Assembly (NCBI GenBank): GCA_038207085.1
Contig: JBBRAE010000039.1
Span: 1 to 23,887 of the forward strand
Source: Armatimonadota bacterium
Lineage (GTDB): Bacteria > Armatimonadota > UBA5829 > DTLH01
Length of the DNA stretch: 23,887 nucleotides
Direction: 5' to 3'
Positions 8,825 through 17,930 of the stretch are shown piece by piece. Each line of letters starts with the position of its first letter. Position 1 is the stretch's first letter. The position numbers and the translations under genes were made by a program. The notes beneath the pieces were generated by a model that saw only the letters and a list, made by a program, of their open reading frames with translations, had not been told where the DNA came from and searched no databases.

Positions 8825-9289
8825 ATGATCGAAGAGACAACTGAACAGACTAATACCGAGACCTGGAAGCCCACTATCCTTGGGATACTCTGCAACTGGT
8901 GCAGCTACGCCGGGGCCGACCTTGCGGGGAGCTCGCGGATGAAGCATCCCGCGAACATGAGGATCGTGCGCGTGCCGTGTTCGGGGCGCGTGAACCCATT
9001 GTTCATCCTCAAAGGGTTCCAGATGGGGTTCGACGGCGTGATGGTGCTTGGGTGCCATCCCGGTGACTGCCACTATGCCAAGGGTAACTATTTTGCCCGG
9101 CGTCGGATTATGCTCATTCGTGAGCTTTTGCAGTCGATGGGTATCGAGCCTGAGCGGTTTCACTTTGAGTGGGTATCGGCATCAGAAGGCGCGCGTTTCG
9201 CCGAAGTGGTAACCGAGATGACCGCGAACATCGAGAAGATCGGGCCGTTCTGCGGGGTTGATTGTTCCAGAACGCCTTCTGCGTTCTGA
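8825..9289 (+). CDS. mvhD: MvhD/FlxD-type [2Fe-2S] subunit
   Basis: LCNWCSYAGADLAG, RVPCSGRV, GCHPGDCHY, WVSASEG. Confidence 0.94.
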   Translation: MIEETTEQTNTETWKPTILGILCNWCSYAGADLAGSSRMKHPANMRIVRVPCSGRVNPLFILKGFQMGFDGVMVLGCHPGDCHYAKGNYFARRRIMLIRELLQSMGIEPERFHFEWVSASEGARFAEVVTEMTANIEKIGPFCGVDCSRTPSAF

Positions 9290-9290
9290 A

Positions 9291-9380
9291 AGCAGTTAGC
9301 AGTTAGCTGTTAGCCTTTAGCAACCGTGTGTTGGGCGATGGGCGAAAGAGCTAACAGCTAATAGCTAAAGGCTAATAGCT
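9291..9380. repeat. Tandem-inverted heptamer repeat with a 28-bp spacer
   Basis: agcagtt agcagtt agctgtt agccttt agc -28 nt- gctaaca gctaata gctaaag gctaata gct. Confidence 0.9.
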
Positions 9381-9383
9381 ATT

Positions 9384-10319
9384 ATGATAGATAAACAGAT
9401 ACAACAGAAAGCAAAAGAGCTGCTCGAATCGGGTGATGTGACTATGGTCATCGGATGGGGCGCTGGTAGTGCTCCGTTCAAGACTACGCCAGTGTTCGTT
9501 GAGAAGCCCGAGGACGCCCAGAAGCTCGTGTGGAACCCGGCTTGCACCAATAACCTCGCGGTCTATCTGCCTCAGGTGGCAAAGAAGGCCAAGGTGGCGA
9601 TTGTTGCCAAGCCGTGCGACAGCCGGTCCATCGTTACTCTGATTCAGGAGAATCAGGTTCCTAGAGAGAACCTGGTCATCATCGGGCTGCCCTGCTCGGG
9701 GATCGTCGACGATGCGGCGCTTCGCAAGGCTGATATCAAGCTCGCCGAAGTTCAGTCGCTTGAATGGGAAGGCGACTCGGTCGCGGTCACTACGACCGGT
9801 GGCAAGGTTAGCGTGCCGATCTCTGATGCCGTCCGCGAAGGGTGCAAGAGCTGCGATACTCGGGTGCCGGTTGTTAGCGATGTGACGTTTGGGGAGGCTC
9901 CTGCGGCCAGTCCATCAACGGTTGAGCCGATGGATGGTTCGTTTGAAGAGCGCAGGGCTTATTGGGCTGAGCAGTTTGATAGGTGTATTCGCTGCTATGC
10001 CTGTCGGCAGGCGTGTCCGGGGTGCTACTGCGCGAAGTGCTTCGCCGACCGCAACGACGTGAAGTGGACGAACAAAAAGGCCGTCGCGGGTGAGTCGTGG
10101 ATGTTCCAGATGGGCCGCGCGATGCACCTCGCCGGTCGATGCGTCGGCTGCGGCGAGTGTGAGCGAGCCTGCCCGATGGAGATTCCGCTGATGAAGCTCA
10201 ACCGAGAGGTTCAGCGGCACGTCACGGAGCTATTCGACTTTACGCCGGGGATGGACATTGATGTGTCGCCGGTCTTGGGCGACTTTGATCCGGGTGATCC
10301 TGACCCTAATGGGCACTAG
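9384..10319 (+). CDS. flxC: 4Fe-4S ferredoxin protein, FlxC-like (FdhB/FrhB-related)
   Basis: KPCDSRS, IGLPCSG, RCIRCYACRQACPGCYCAKC, HLAGRCVGCGECERACP; position in the hdrCBA-flxDCBA gene order. Confidence 0.82.
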   Translation: MIDKQIQQKAKELLESGDVTMVIGWGAGSAPFKTTPVFVEKPEDAQKLVWNPACTNNLAVYLPQVAKKAKVAIVAKPCDSRSIVTLIQENQVPRENLVIIGLPCSGIVDDAALRKADIKLAEVQSLEWEGDSVAVTTTGGKVSVPISDAVREGCKSCDTRVPVVSDVTFGEAPAASPSTVEPMDGSFEERRAYWAEQFDRCIRCYACRQACPGCYCAKCFADRNDVKWTNKKAVAGESWMFQMGRAMHLAGRCVGCGECERACPMEIPLMKLNREVQRHVTELFDFTPGMDIDVSPVLGDFDPGDPDPNGH

Positions 10320-10322
10320 GGT

Positions 10323-10357
10323 AGTGCAGGGTTCAGAGTGAAGAGTGCAGAGTGGGA
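10323..10357. repeat. Heptamer repeat arm (AGTGCAG family) before the inserted ORF
   Basis: agtgcag ggttcag agtgaag agtgcag agtggga. Confidence 0.6.
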
Positions 10358-10397
10358 CTGGCAAGGGTTGGTATATCTGCGTGGAGCGACATAGCAT

Positions 10398-10889
10398 ATG
10401 TGCAGCATTCCTGACATTGGGTTGGTCGAAGCTAAGTGGCGGTTAGGTGTGCTGGAGCCAAAGGCTATGAGCGACATTGCAACCGTGTTGCTCATGCATG
10501 GCTGCGATCTTCCAGAAGTGATGGATGTGGCCGCAGGTCGCATCGACGAGAACTGCTATTGGTTCCGGTTCGGAGATATTTTGACGGCCATTCTGGGAAG
10601 AGAAACAGTAACAGGCAGCCGAGCCGGTTGGCTGGTAGCTCGGCACCTTGCTTCCGAGATGCTGATGGGGAATGTGGAACCGGAGCAAGGTATCAAAGAT
10701 ATATTGTCATTGACAGAGCTTATGGATGGCGGGTATTCAAGCGTTCCTGCGTGGATCCTCGGGTTCTACAACTTGGCAGATGACTGGGAGACTATATTCT
10801 GGAACAAACCGGATGATTACCGTGCCGAGATTCTGCACGAGTGTCGGCAGTTGCTTGATCTGCCCGAACCGGCGGACGTTCAAGAATAG
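10398..10889 (+). CDS. Hypothetical acidic helical protein inserted between flxC and flxB
   Basis: 163-aa ORF with ggag RBS; no Fe-S motifs; visibly more A/T-ending codons than flanking genes; followed by a gctgaca gctaa repeat arm. Confidence 0.7.
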   Translation: MCSIPDIGLVEAKWRLGVLEPKAMSDIATVLLMHGCDLPEVMDVAAGRIDENCYWFRFGDILTAILGRETVTGSRAGWLVARHLASEMLMGNVEPEQGIKDILSLTELMDGGYSSVPAWILGFYNLADDWETIFWNKPDDYRAEILHECRQLLDLPEPADVQE

Positions 10890-10908
10890 CTGACAGCTAA
10901 GGGACATT

Positions 10909-11931
10909 ATGGCTGATAAAGTAATCGCAAAATCTAATCTTCGCTCCTGGCTTGCTAGCCTTGTGGCGAGTTACAATTTGATCGCGCCTGTGGCGGGGGA
11001 GTCGGGGCCTTCTCGGTGGAAGGATATCGACGGCGACTCTGATGTCGACATTACGTCTGATCGGATGATGATGGCGATCAAGGAGTATCTGCTGCCGCAG
11101 TCTGAGACGCTTTTTACGGTGAGCGGCAAGAAGGGCGAGGAGACCGTCGTCGACCCGATCAAGACGCCGGAGCGCGGGACGCTCGCGATGGGGCTGCACC
11201 TCTGCGACGTGCGGGGGATATCGGTGCTTGACGATGTGTATCTGCATCAGGGGCCGTTTCAGGACCCGTACTACGCCGCGCGCAGGAATAGCCTTGCCGT
11301 GATGGCTACGGTGTGCTCGGATCCCCGCTGGAGCTGCTTCTGCACCACAATGGGTGATCTGAACGACTGGGCGAAGGCCGCGGATGTGCTCGTGACCGAC
11401 CTCGACGGCAAGCTCTACGTCGCGCCGATCTCTGAGACTGGTGAGAAGCTTGTGCATGGGGATTTCTTTGCTGAGCCGTCGGCTGAAGATGTCGCCAAGA
11501 AAAATGAGGTCTGGGAGAATCTGCTTGCGCTTCCCAAACAGTCGTTTGCGGGGATGGACACGTCAAAGATCGTCGACTGGGACGACCCAATCTGGGCGGA
11601 GATTGCGCAAAAGTGCCTGGGCTGCGGGATTTGCAGCTATATGTGTCCGAGCTGCTCGTGCTTTGATATCCAGGACGAGACCAAGGGGCACACCGTCGAG
11701 CGCTACAGGTGCCGAGATACCTGTCAGAGCTGTGACTTCACCCACATGGGGCACGGTCACAACCCGAGGCCCGAAAAGACCATGCGCGCGCGCCAGAGGG
11801 TGATGCACAAGTTCAGCTATCAGGTCACGCAATACGGCAAGAACGGCTGCAGCGGCTGCGGCAGGTGCGTCGAGAGCTGCCCGGTCAACATAGACCTGCG
11901 AGAGGTGCTGAGCCGAATCGCTGGCAAATAA
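10909..11931 (+). CDS. flxB: 4Fe-4S dicluster protein, FlxB/AsrA-like
   Basis: IKEYLLPQSE, LCDVRG, DPYY, SCFC, KCLGCGICSYMCPSCSCF, RQRVMHKF, GCSGCGRCVESCP. Confidence 0.88.
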   Translation: MADKVIAKSNLRSWLASLVASYNLIAPVAGESGPSRWKDIDGDSDVDITSDRMMMAIKEYLLPQSETLFTVSGKKGEETVVDPIKTPERGTLAMGLHLCDVRGISVLDDVYLHQGPFQDPYYAARRNSLAVMATVCSDPRWSCFCTTMGDLNDWAKAADVLVTDLDGKLYVAPISETGEKLVHGDFFAEPSAEDVAKKNEVWENLLALPKQSFAGMDTSKIVDWDDPIWAEIAQKCLGCGICSYMCPSCSCFDIQDETKGHTVERYRCRDTCQSCDFTHMGHGHNPRPEKTMRARQRVMHKFSYQVTQYGKNGCSGCGRCVESCPVNIDLREVLSRIAGK

Positions 11932-12060
11932 GTGCGTTTGAGCTTCGGGACGAAAAAACTGTCCCCAAGCATATTGTAAGCATACTGTATCAAAATTGGA
12001 TGAGGCACGGGGTAGGGCATACCAGCCCCCAACCCCTAACTCCCATCCCCTGGAAAAGAT

Positions 12061-12915
12061 ATGTGCATAGATTCTAAATCAGCAAATGTAATGGCAGCGA
12101 ACCCCTACACGCCGCTTTTGGCGGTTGTGGAGAAGGTGATCGAGGAGACTTGGGATACCAAGACGTTTCGGGTGGTGTTCAAGGACGAGGCGATCCGGGA
12201 GAGCTTCACCTACCAGCCGGGGCAGTTTCAGGAAGTCTCGGTCTTTGGCGTAGGTGAGTGTACCTTCTGTCTGACCTCCTCGCCTACGAACAAGGGTTAT
12301 ATCGAGTTTTCAGTGAAGAAGGTTGGGGTCGTCACTTCGGCGCTTCACGAGCTCTCCGAAGGGGCGATTGTGGGCATCCGCGCGCCGTTTGGCAACTGTT
12401 TCCCATACGAGCAGTGGAAGGGCAAGAACCTGCTCTTTATCGGAGGCGGAATCGGGATGGCGCCGATGCGCTCGATCCTGAACTACTGCCTGGATAACAG
12501 GGCCGACTATGGGGACATATCGACCGTTTATGGCGCACGAACACCCGGCGACCTCTGTTTCACCTACGAGTTTGACCAGTGGAAGAAGAACGCGAACCTG
12601 TATCTCACGGTCGATGCCGGCGACGATACTTGGAAAGACCGCGTCGGGCACGTTCCTGGGTATCTTCTTGAGCTCGACCCCAAGCCAGAGAACACGATCG
12701 CAGTCACCTGCGGGCCGCCTATTATGATCAAGTTCGCGCTGCAGAACCTGAAACAGCTCGGGTTTGCCGACGAGCAGATCTATACCACGCTTGAGATGAA
12801 GATGAAGTGCGGCGTCGGCAAGTGTGGGCGCTGCAACATCGGCGCCAAGTTCGTCTGCATCGATGGGCCGGTGTTCTCGTTTGCCGATATCACCGAACTT
12901 CCTCCGGAGTTCTAA
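12061..12915 (+). CDS. flxA: FAD/NAD(P)-binding oxidoreductase, FlxA/AsrB-like
   Basis: PGQF, IGGGIGMAP, YGARTPGDL, CGPPIMIK, MKCGVGKCGRC, VCIDGPVF. Confidence 0.9.
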   Translation: MCIDSKSANVMAANPYTPLLAVVEKVIEETWDTKTFRVVFKDEAIRESFTYQPGQFQEVSVFGVGECTFCLTSSPTNKGYIEFSVKKVGVVTSALHELSEGAIVGIRAPFGNCFPYEQWKGKNLLFIGGGIGMAPMRSILNYCLDNRADYGDISTVYGARTPGDLCFTYEFDQWKKNANLYLTVDAGDDTWKDRVGHVPGYLLELDPKPENTIAVTCGPPIMIKFALQNLKQLGFADEQIYTTLEMKMKCGVGKCGRCNIGAKFVCIDGPVFSFADITELPPEF

Positions 12916-12966
12916 CCCGTTAGTGTCGCTTGGATAGACAACAGACTAAGTAGAGAGAGGTGAGAG

Positions 12967-14172
12967 ATGGGTGCTGTAGTAGACAGCCGACCAAGTCAAC
13001 AGCTTGATGGCGGCAGACCGAGTGTTGGCGAGCGCCTACTCGCACTGCTGTCGAGAACCACGTCGGGGGGCAGGTTCATTCCTGAGATCGACGGACTGCG
13101 CTTTTTTGCGATTTTCTTGGTCATCCTCTTTCACATCGATCTGGTACTCTACCAGACCGCTCACGTTACGCCCGCCACTCGGACACTCTTTAGTAAGCTG
13201 ATCAACTTGGGAAACGTCGGGGTGCCGCTGTTTTTTGGTGTGAGCGGGTTTATCCTGTCGCTGCCTTTCGCGAACCACTATCTCTTGGGAAAGTCAAAAC
13301 CCAGACTATCCAGCTACTATTGGCGGCGCGTAACGAGGCTGGAACCACCATACATTGTCTGTATGCTCATCTACTTCGTCTTTAAGGTGCATTCAGAGGG
13401 CTTCTATTTTGACACCATCAAGCATCTTCTGGCGAGTCTGGCATATCTACACAACGCGATATATCACACCGGCAGCTCCATCAACTTTGTCGCCTGGTCG
13501 CTTGAGATCGAGGTGCAGTTTTACCTGTTGTCTCCGTTTCTTGCCTCTGTATTCCTGATTTCTAATGTTCGATTGCGGCGGCTTGTTATTGTGGGTTCGG
13601 CGGTGCTCTTTGCACTGGCACAGAGGCACCTGGGATGGACTCATTTTGAACTTGGCGGCACGCTGCTTAATCAACTGCAGTATTTCTTGGTGGGCTTCTT
13701 ACTTGCTGACCTTTATATCATGGACTGGAAAGAGCGTCCGAACCGCAATTACGGATGGGACGTTTTGGTGGTGGCGTGTCTTGCGGCTGGTGTGCTTGTG
13801 ATGTATTATCGGTACTGGGTGAACTTGCTGGTGCCGATATTGACGTTCATCGGCTATGTAGGAGCGTTTAGAGGGGTTATCGCCAACCGAATAACACGTA
13901 ACTCCTGGATAGCTGTTACGGGAGGTATGTGCTATTCCATCTACCTCTACCACGTGATAATCTTGGGGCTGACCTACCACCATTTCAGCAAGTATTTCAC
14001 CATCGCCGGTAATTACGACGTCAATATGCTGGTGCAATCGATGGTGCTGGTTCCTATAATCATTGTGATCAGCGCGATCTTTTTCCTCTGGCTTGAGAAG
14101 CCGTTTATGCAGAAAGACTGGCCTGGGCGATGGAAGTCTGCTCTTGAAAAGGCGTTTTTGAGGCGTAAGTAG
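12967..14172 (+). CDS. Acyltransferase family 3 (OafA-like membrane O-acyltransferase)
   Basis: IPEIDGLRFFAI, GVPLFFGVSGF, RRVTRLEPPY, WSLEIEVQFY, YSIYLYH, LEKPF; many transmembrane segments. Confidence 0.92.
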   Translation: MGAVVDSRPSQQLDGGRPSVGERLLALLSRTTSGGRFIPEIDGLRFFAIFLVILFHIDLVLYQTAHVTPATRTLFSKLINLGNVGVPLFFGVSGFILSLPFANHYLLGKSKPRLSSYYWRRVTRLEPPYIVCMLIYFVFKVHSEGFYFDTIKHLLASLAYLHNAIYHTGSSINFVAWSLEIEVQFYLLSPFLASVFLISNVRLRRLVIVGSAVLFALAQRHLGWTHFELGGTLLNQLQYFLVGFLLADLYIMDWKERPNRNYGWDVLVVACLAAGVLVMYYRYWVNLLVPILTFIGYVGAFRGVIANRITRNSWIAVTGGMCYSIYLYHVIILGLTYHHFSKYFTIAGNYDVNMLVQSMVLVPIIIVISAIFFLWLEKPFMQKDWPGRWKSALEKAFLRRK

Positions 14173-14234
14173 CTTGGCGGCTCATCTTCAGGTGGTGGGC
14201 GAAGATCCGGCGGTGTCCCGCAGCGGCAACGGGC

Positions 14235-14313
14235 TAACCCGCACTATTCACGAATCCCGTGAATAATGCTCTGTTAGCGAAAGCTTTATTCGTCAAGCGA
14301 ATAAAGCGGGCTA
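14235..14313. repeat. 79-bp double-hairpin MITE/REP-like element, copy 1
   Basis: TA-bounded; tattcacg-aatcc-cgtgaata and gctttattcg-tcaag-cgaataaagc hairpins; second copy at 19163-19241. Confidence 0.85.
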
Positions 14314-14319
14314 AAGAAG

Positions 14320-14344
14320 TGTCCGATTTTTGGGGGGTGGTCCA
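14320..14344 (+). mobile_element. Possible orphan IS3-family right terminal inverted repeat
   Basis: tgtccgatttttggggggtggtcca resembles IS3/IS150-type ends (TGTCC...GGG...CA); no transposase attached. Confidence 0.4.
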
Positions 14345-14352
14345 ATCTTGGG

Positions 14353-14385
14353 AGGTGCATCTGACCATCGCAGTCAGATGCACCT
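14353..14385 (-). terminator. Strong hairpin between convergent genes, probable terminator of the 14400-17771 gene
   Basis: aggtgcatctgac-catcgca-gtcagatgcacct, a perfect 13-bp stem 14 bp past the stop; no clear U-tract. Confidence 0.6.
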
Positions 14386-14399
14386 TACTAAGCGAGCAG

Positions 14400-17300
14400 T
14401 TACTTGTTGATCAACAGCACTCGGAAGTCGTGCTTCTTGAAGTCCACAAGCTTGACTACACCGGACGCTGCGGAGTATGTGTCCGCGGCGTTTTCCCAGT
14501 TCACGGCTTTGAAGTCCGCAGGAATGCTGAGCTGCTTGGTATCGAGCTTGACTCTCGCACTTCCACCGTTTCCGTAGTCGCAGACGAATACCATCACCTG
14601 CTTGGGTCCGTCAAGGACGATCCAGGAAAGGTCCATACCTTCAGCCCCAAGCACAGGCTTCTCATCCCAGTAATTGTAGACCTTGCAGGAGGGCTCTCCG
14701 TAGCCTACTTCGAACATCTTTTGGGTGAGACTCGCGAACAGAGGGTCGGTCTGCCAGACCTTTATCTCGTGAGGCACGCATGCGGCGATGCGGGTGCGCT
14801 CGACCCACTTCTGTACCTTGGGGTCATTTACCTCAGTGATGCCCTGAAGGACTATGGGTACGCTTCCGCTCTGGCGGCCAAGAGTGCAGGCGCGGATGAA
14901 CTCGCGCTTGAAACGGTCCTGGAAGTCAGTCCCGCCATACTTCCACTCCCAGTCCAGGTTCTGCGCAGACCAGGTAAAGACAGGGACGAGGTGAGCGTCG
15001 GTCATATGCGGCATCCCGACATTTGGCTTGCCCATCTCATAGGAAAGCACTGCCATTCTCTTGAACAGCTCCCTCATCTCCCATATATCGACCGATGGCT
15101 GGAAGCTGCCGTCCTCGCGGTAGTAGCCTGTGCCGCTCACAGGGTTGGTGTCGGCTACCATGTAGGTGTTATCCCAGTAGATGCCTGCAAAGCCGTTCCT
15201 TAGGAACTCCCTGTAGTAGTACATCAGATAGTCCCTGCGGCTTGCGGTCGGGACGGTCGTAAAGTCGACGCTCCCAAAGACCCCGAGGTTGGTGGAGCGG
15301 GCAGGGAAGCTCTCCCTGTGCCACTCGTTCTGATAGACGAGCCAGTCCGGCGTGTAGGTTACCTCGCCTCGGAGATTGGTGTAGGGGATCGTGTAGTCGC
15401 TGCGGCCGTTCATCGACCACCTGACTTCGCCAGTGACATCAGGATACTTTTTGACATAATCGTCGAAGAACGCTGTATCTATCTTTCCTGTTGTTCTCGC
15501 CTCTGCGATCTTCTTAACGACTGTGAAGTCCTTTTCTCTTGGGAAGACGGAGTAGAGCTCCCCGCCCCAGTAGCTGCACATCCCTAGCACGCTCGTATCG
15601 AACTTACCAGCCGACACGCATCCCCAGGTCCTCCAGTTAGGGCTCTCTGGCATAGGACGGGTGGGGGTGGCCTGCAGACCGAATACTATCTTGTGAGTTC
15701 GGTCAAGCTTTACGGGCTTTTGGACCAAGTTCGCGACCAGTGAAACGACGCCGTTGCGTCGCTCTATCGCGAGGTCCGGGACCTTTTCAGTGAAATCGAG
15801 CACCCAGTCTTTGTCGCTTGACGCGAACCAGCAGAGTCCACGCTCCTCGCCGCCGATCCAGATGTAGGGGATGAATGTGCCGAGGATCTGGTTGCGGGAT
15901 GACTTGTCGCTTGACCAGACAATGCCCTCACCTGCGGGCATTGCGCCTGCGTAGTTGAAGCGGGTGCCGTCGGCGCAGGTGTGCAGAAGAGGCGCGTATT
16001 TCTCGCCGATGGGGATCACGAGGCGCATTGAGTCTATCTGGGTCTTTGCATCTCCGAACTCGAGGCTTACTTTCATAGAGCCGTCGTAGTCATACTCGCT
16101 CGTCGTCTTGCCCTTGACTCCGGCGGCCTGCCAAGAGGAGCGGGCGATGACGGCGTTTGGCTTCTTTGCTCCAAAAGAGAGCTTGCCCTTTGCTACTTCA
16201 GTCTTGCCTGAGCCAGTGATTTCTATGGTCATCGGGCTGGCGAGTATGTCCCTGTCAAGGGAATTAACCTGCGCCCAGAGTCCGGTGTCGGTCATTTTGT
16301 GCTCGCGCAGCACCGCACCGACTGTCTCGTCCTTGACCGTAAGGGGCGTGAAGGGCGGGATAACCCGGTCGCTCACCCCGATCTTGTTGCCTTTCCATGG
16401 GAAGCTCGCGATGTAGTCGAAGACGGCTGTCTTGACGGGTTTCGCGTCCTTACCGAGGTAGAACTGTGCCTCGTAGCGTCCGTCAGGGAGGTTCTTTAGT
16501 GTGATCCTCTGTTCGGTCGCGGTGGGGTCGACGTTGGTCACGACCTGCTCGGTGAATGTCGCGCCGGTCTTTTGGTTTACAACTGCGACGCGGACGCTTT
16601 TGACGCTCTCCTTGTCCTTCAAGTTGGCGAATGACGCCCGGGTGCGGAGGATCATCGGGGTCGGGTGGAACTCGATGTCAAACTTGACCGCTTCATCAGC
16701 GCTCACCGGCCCCATCGCGTCCCAGAGCGGCCCCTGGGGCTTGGTATGCCACTTGAAATCACGGTGGTAGAAGACGGTGCCGTCGGTCCCGCTCACCAGG
16801 ATCTCACCGATGGCGGGGTAGTTCTCTGAGCTAAAGAACAAGCCGCGATAGTCACATTCTTTCGTTTCTCCGGGCTTTAATTCCAAATTGAAATCTTTAT
16901 AATAACGGGGCTGACTCTCCGGGTTATAGCCGAGCTTTACCTTGATCGGGAGCGGCTTATCCGTCGGGTTGGAGACAGAAACGGCGATGTCGACGCCGTC
17001 CTTGTCCTGGAACCCGAGTTCACTCACCACCGGTGCGGCTTTGACGAAACGTACCAGGGGCATAGTTTCCGGTGAATCGAACGAGCGGACGAGGGGAGCC
17101 CAGTGTGCCTGGTCCCAGCCGTATTTGTAGTTGCGGCAAACCCGCAACGCGAGCTGCTGGGTGGGGTCGGTGACTTTTATGCTTGCGAGGTCGATTGCGA
17201 TCTCGGCTGTCCAGATGCCAGCCTCGACTTTATGTGCCTGCTCGAGTCCGACGCGGTAGTATGTCTTGGCGATCTTGTCGGTGAGATCTGACTCGGAGTC

Positions 17301-17771
17301 AAATAGAGCGCCAAGGGAGTTTACCATGATCTGATAGTACTGCCCGGTTTCGGCTCCGGGGTTGTTGTTGATCCAAAGTTCCACCCCGTCGTCCCAGATG
17401 ATTCCGTCGGTGTCCTTGCCGTCGGCGGCGGGCTTGACGGTAGCGAGGATTCCGTCCGGGTTATAGGCGCTTTTGACGGCGATGTAGAGCTTTTTCCCGT
17501 CGCTTCCGACCCAGAACTCACCGAGTCTTGGCTGGAGCAGGTCTCCCTGTTGGCTCACGAACTTGGCGACGTGAAGCGTGTTCCATTCGCCTTCATCAAG
17601 CTTGCCGTCGATTGTCGGTGCTTTGGACATAAACGGGATTATGCTGACAGGTTTCACCGTAGCAGCGTTGGCATTCTCTGGCGGGTTCTGTGCCACGGCG
17701 GGCTTGGAGGCGAGCACAGAGCCTGCCAGCACAGTCGCTGCCACTGCTAGGTAATAAAAGATTTTCTTCAT
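14400..17771 (-). CDS. Large secreted putative glycoside hydrolase (CBM9-like N-terminal domain plus DUF6067-like barrel)
   Basis: Signal peptide; APTIDGKLDEGEW, KLYIAV, IWDDGVELWI, WTAEIAI (CBM9/DOMON-like); PYIWIGGEERGLCWFA, FGLQATP, GIYWDN. Confidence 0.75.
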   Translation of the reverse strand: MKKIFYYLAVAATVLAGSVLASKPAVAQNPPENANAATVKPVSIIPFMSKAPTIDGKLDEGEWNTLHVAKFVSQQGDLLQPRLGEFWVGSDGKKLYIAVKSAYNPDGILATVKPAADGKDTDGIIWDDGVELWINNNPGAETGQYYQIMVNSLGALFDSESDLTDKIAKTYYRVGLEQAHKVEAGIWTAEIAIDLASIKVTDPTQQLALRVCRNYKYGWDQAHWAPLVRSFDSPETMPLVRFVKAAPVVSELGFQDKDGVDIAVSVSNPTDKPLPIKVKLGYNPESQPRYYKDFNLELKPGETKECDYRGLFFSSENYPAIGEILVSGTDGTVFYHRDFKWHTKPQGPLWDAMGPVSADEAVKFDIEFHPTPMILRTRASFANLKDKESVKSVRVAVVNQKTGATFTEQVVTNVDPTATEQRITLKNLPDGRYEAQFYLGKDAKPVKTAVFDYIASFPWKGNKIGVSDRVIPPFTPLTVKDETVGAVLREHKMTDTGLWAQVNSLDRDILASPMTIEITGSGKTEVAKGKLSFGAKKPNAVIARSSWQAAGVKGKTTSEYDYDGSMKVSLEFGDAKTQIDSMRLVIPIGEKYAPLLHTCADGTRFNYAGAMPAGEGIVWSSDKSSRNQILGTFIPYIWIGGEERGLCWFASSDKDWVLDFTEKVPDLAIERRNGVVSLVANLVQKPVKLDRTHKIVFGLQATPTRPMPESPNWRTWGCVSAGKFDTSVLGMCSYWGGELYSVFPREKDFTVVKKIAEARTTGKIDTAFFDDYVKKYPDVTGEVRWSMNGRSDYTIPYTNLRGEVTYTPDWLVYQNEWHRESFPARSTNLGVFGSVDFTTVPTASRRDYLMYYYREFLRNGFAGIYWDNTYMVADTNPVSGTGYYREDGSFQPSVDIWEMRELFKRMAVLSYEMGKPNVGMPHMTDAHLVPVFTWSAQNLDWEWKYGGTDFQDRFKREFIRACTLGRQSGSVPIVLQGITEVNDPKVQKWVERTRIAACVPHEIKVWQTDPLFASLTQKMFEVGYGEPSCKVYNYWDEKPVLGAEGMDLSWIVLDGPKQVMVFVCDYGNGGSARVKLDTKQLSIPADFKAVNWENAADTYSAASGVVKLVDFKKHDFRVLLINK

Positions 17772-17930
17772 CTATTATTGTTGTTCCTTTCATTGTTGGG
17801 TCGAGGCTACCACGTTTGCTCGGCTTCTCAACCAGTATATTGTACAGGGCGATGTTCTCGGCCATTTATTGCCTGCCAAATGGTTATCTGCGGCAATAGG
17901 TATCCGATCAGGAGATAGCGGAGGAACCGT

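Noticed and set aside
6760..9289. Selenocysteine in HdrA or MvhD
   Set aside because: The ORFs are uninterrupted and have Cys at the motif positions.
8762..9380. CRISPR array
   Set aside because: The repeats are 7-bp tandem units without unique regularly sized spacers, and no cas genes are present.
10909..12915. Anaerobic sulfite reductase asrABC or sulfhydrogenase
   Set aside because: There is no asrC siroheme subunit or NiFe hydrogenase subunit, and the context fits FlxBA.
14235..14313. 79-bp element as an integron attC site
   Set aside because: Copy 2 ends near GTTAGGC but lacks a matching RYYYAAC; the fold is a double hairpin rather than a single attC stem; no integrase is present.
14259..15203. 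314-aa plus-strand ORF, and the similar MNNALLA ORF at 19187
   Set aside because: It is the antisense shadow of the 1123-aa gene; the shared N-termini simply come from the 79-bp repeat.
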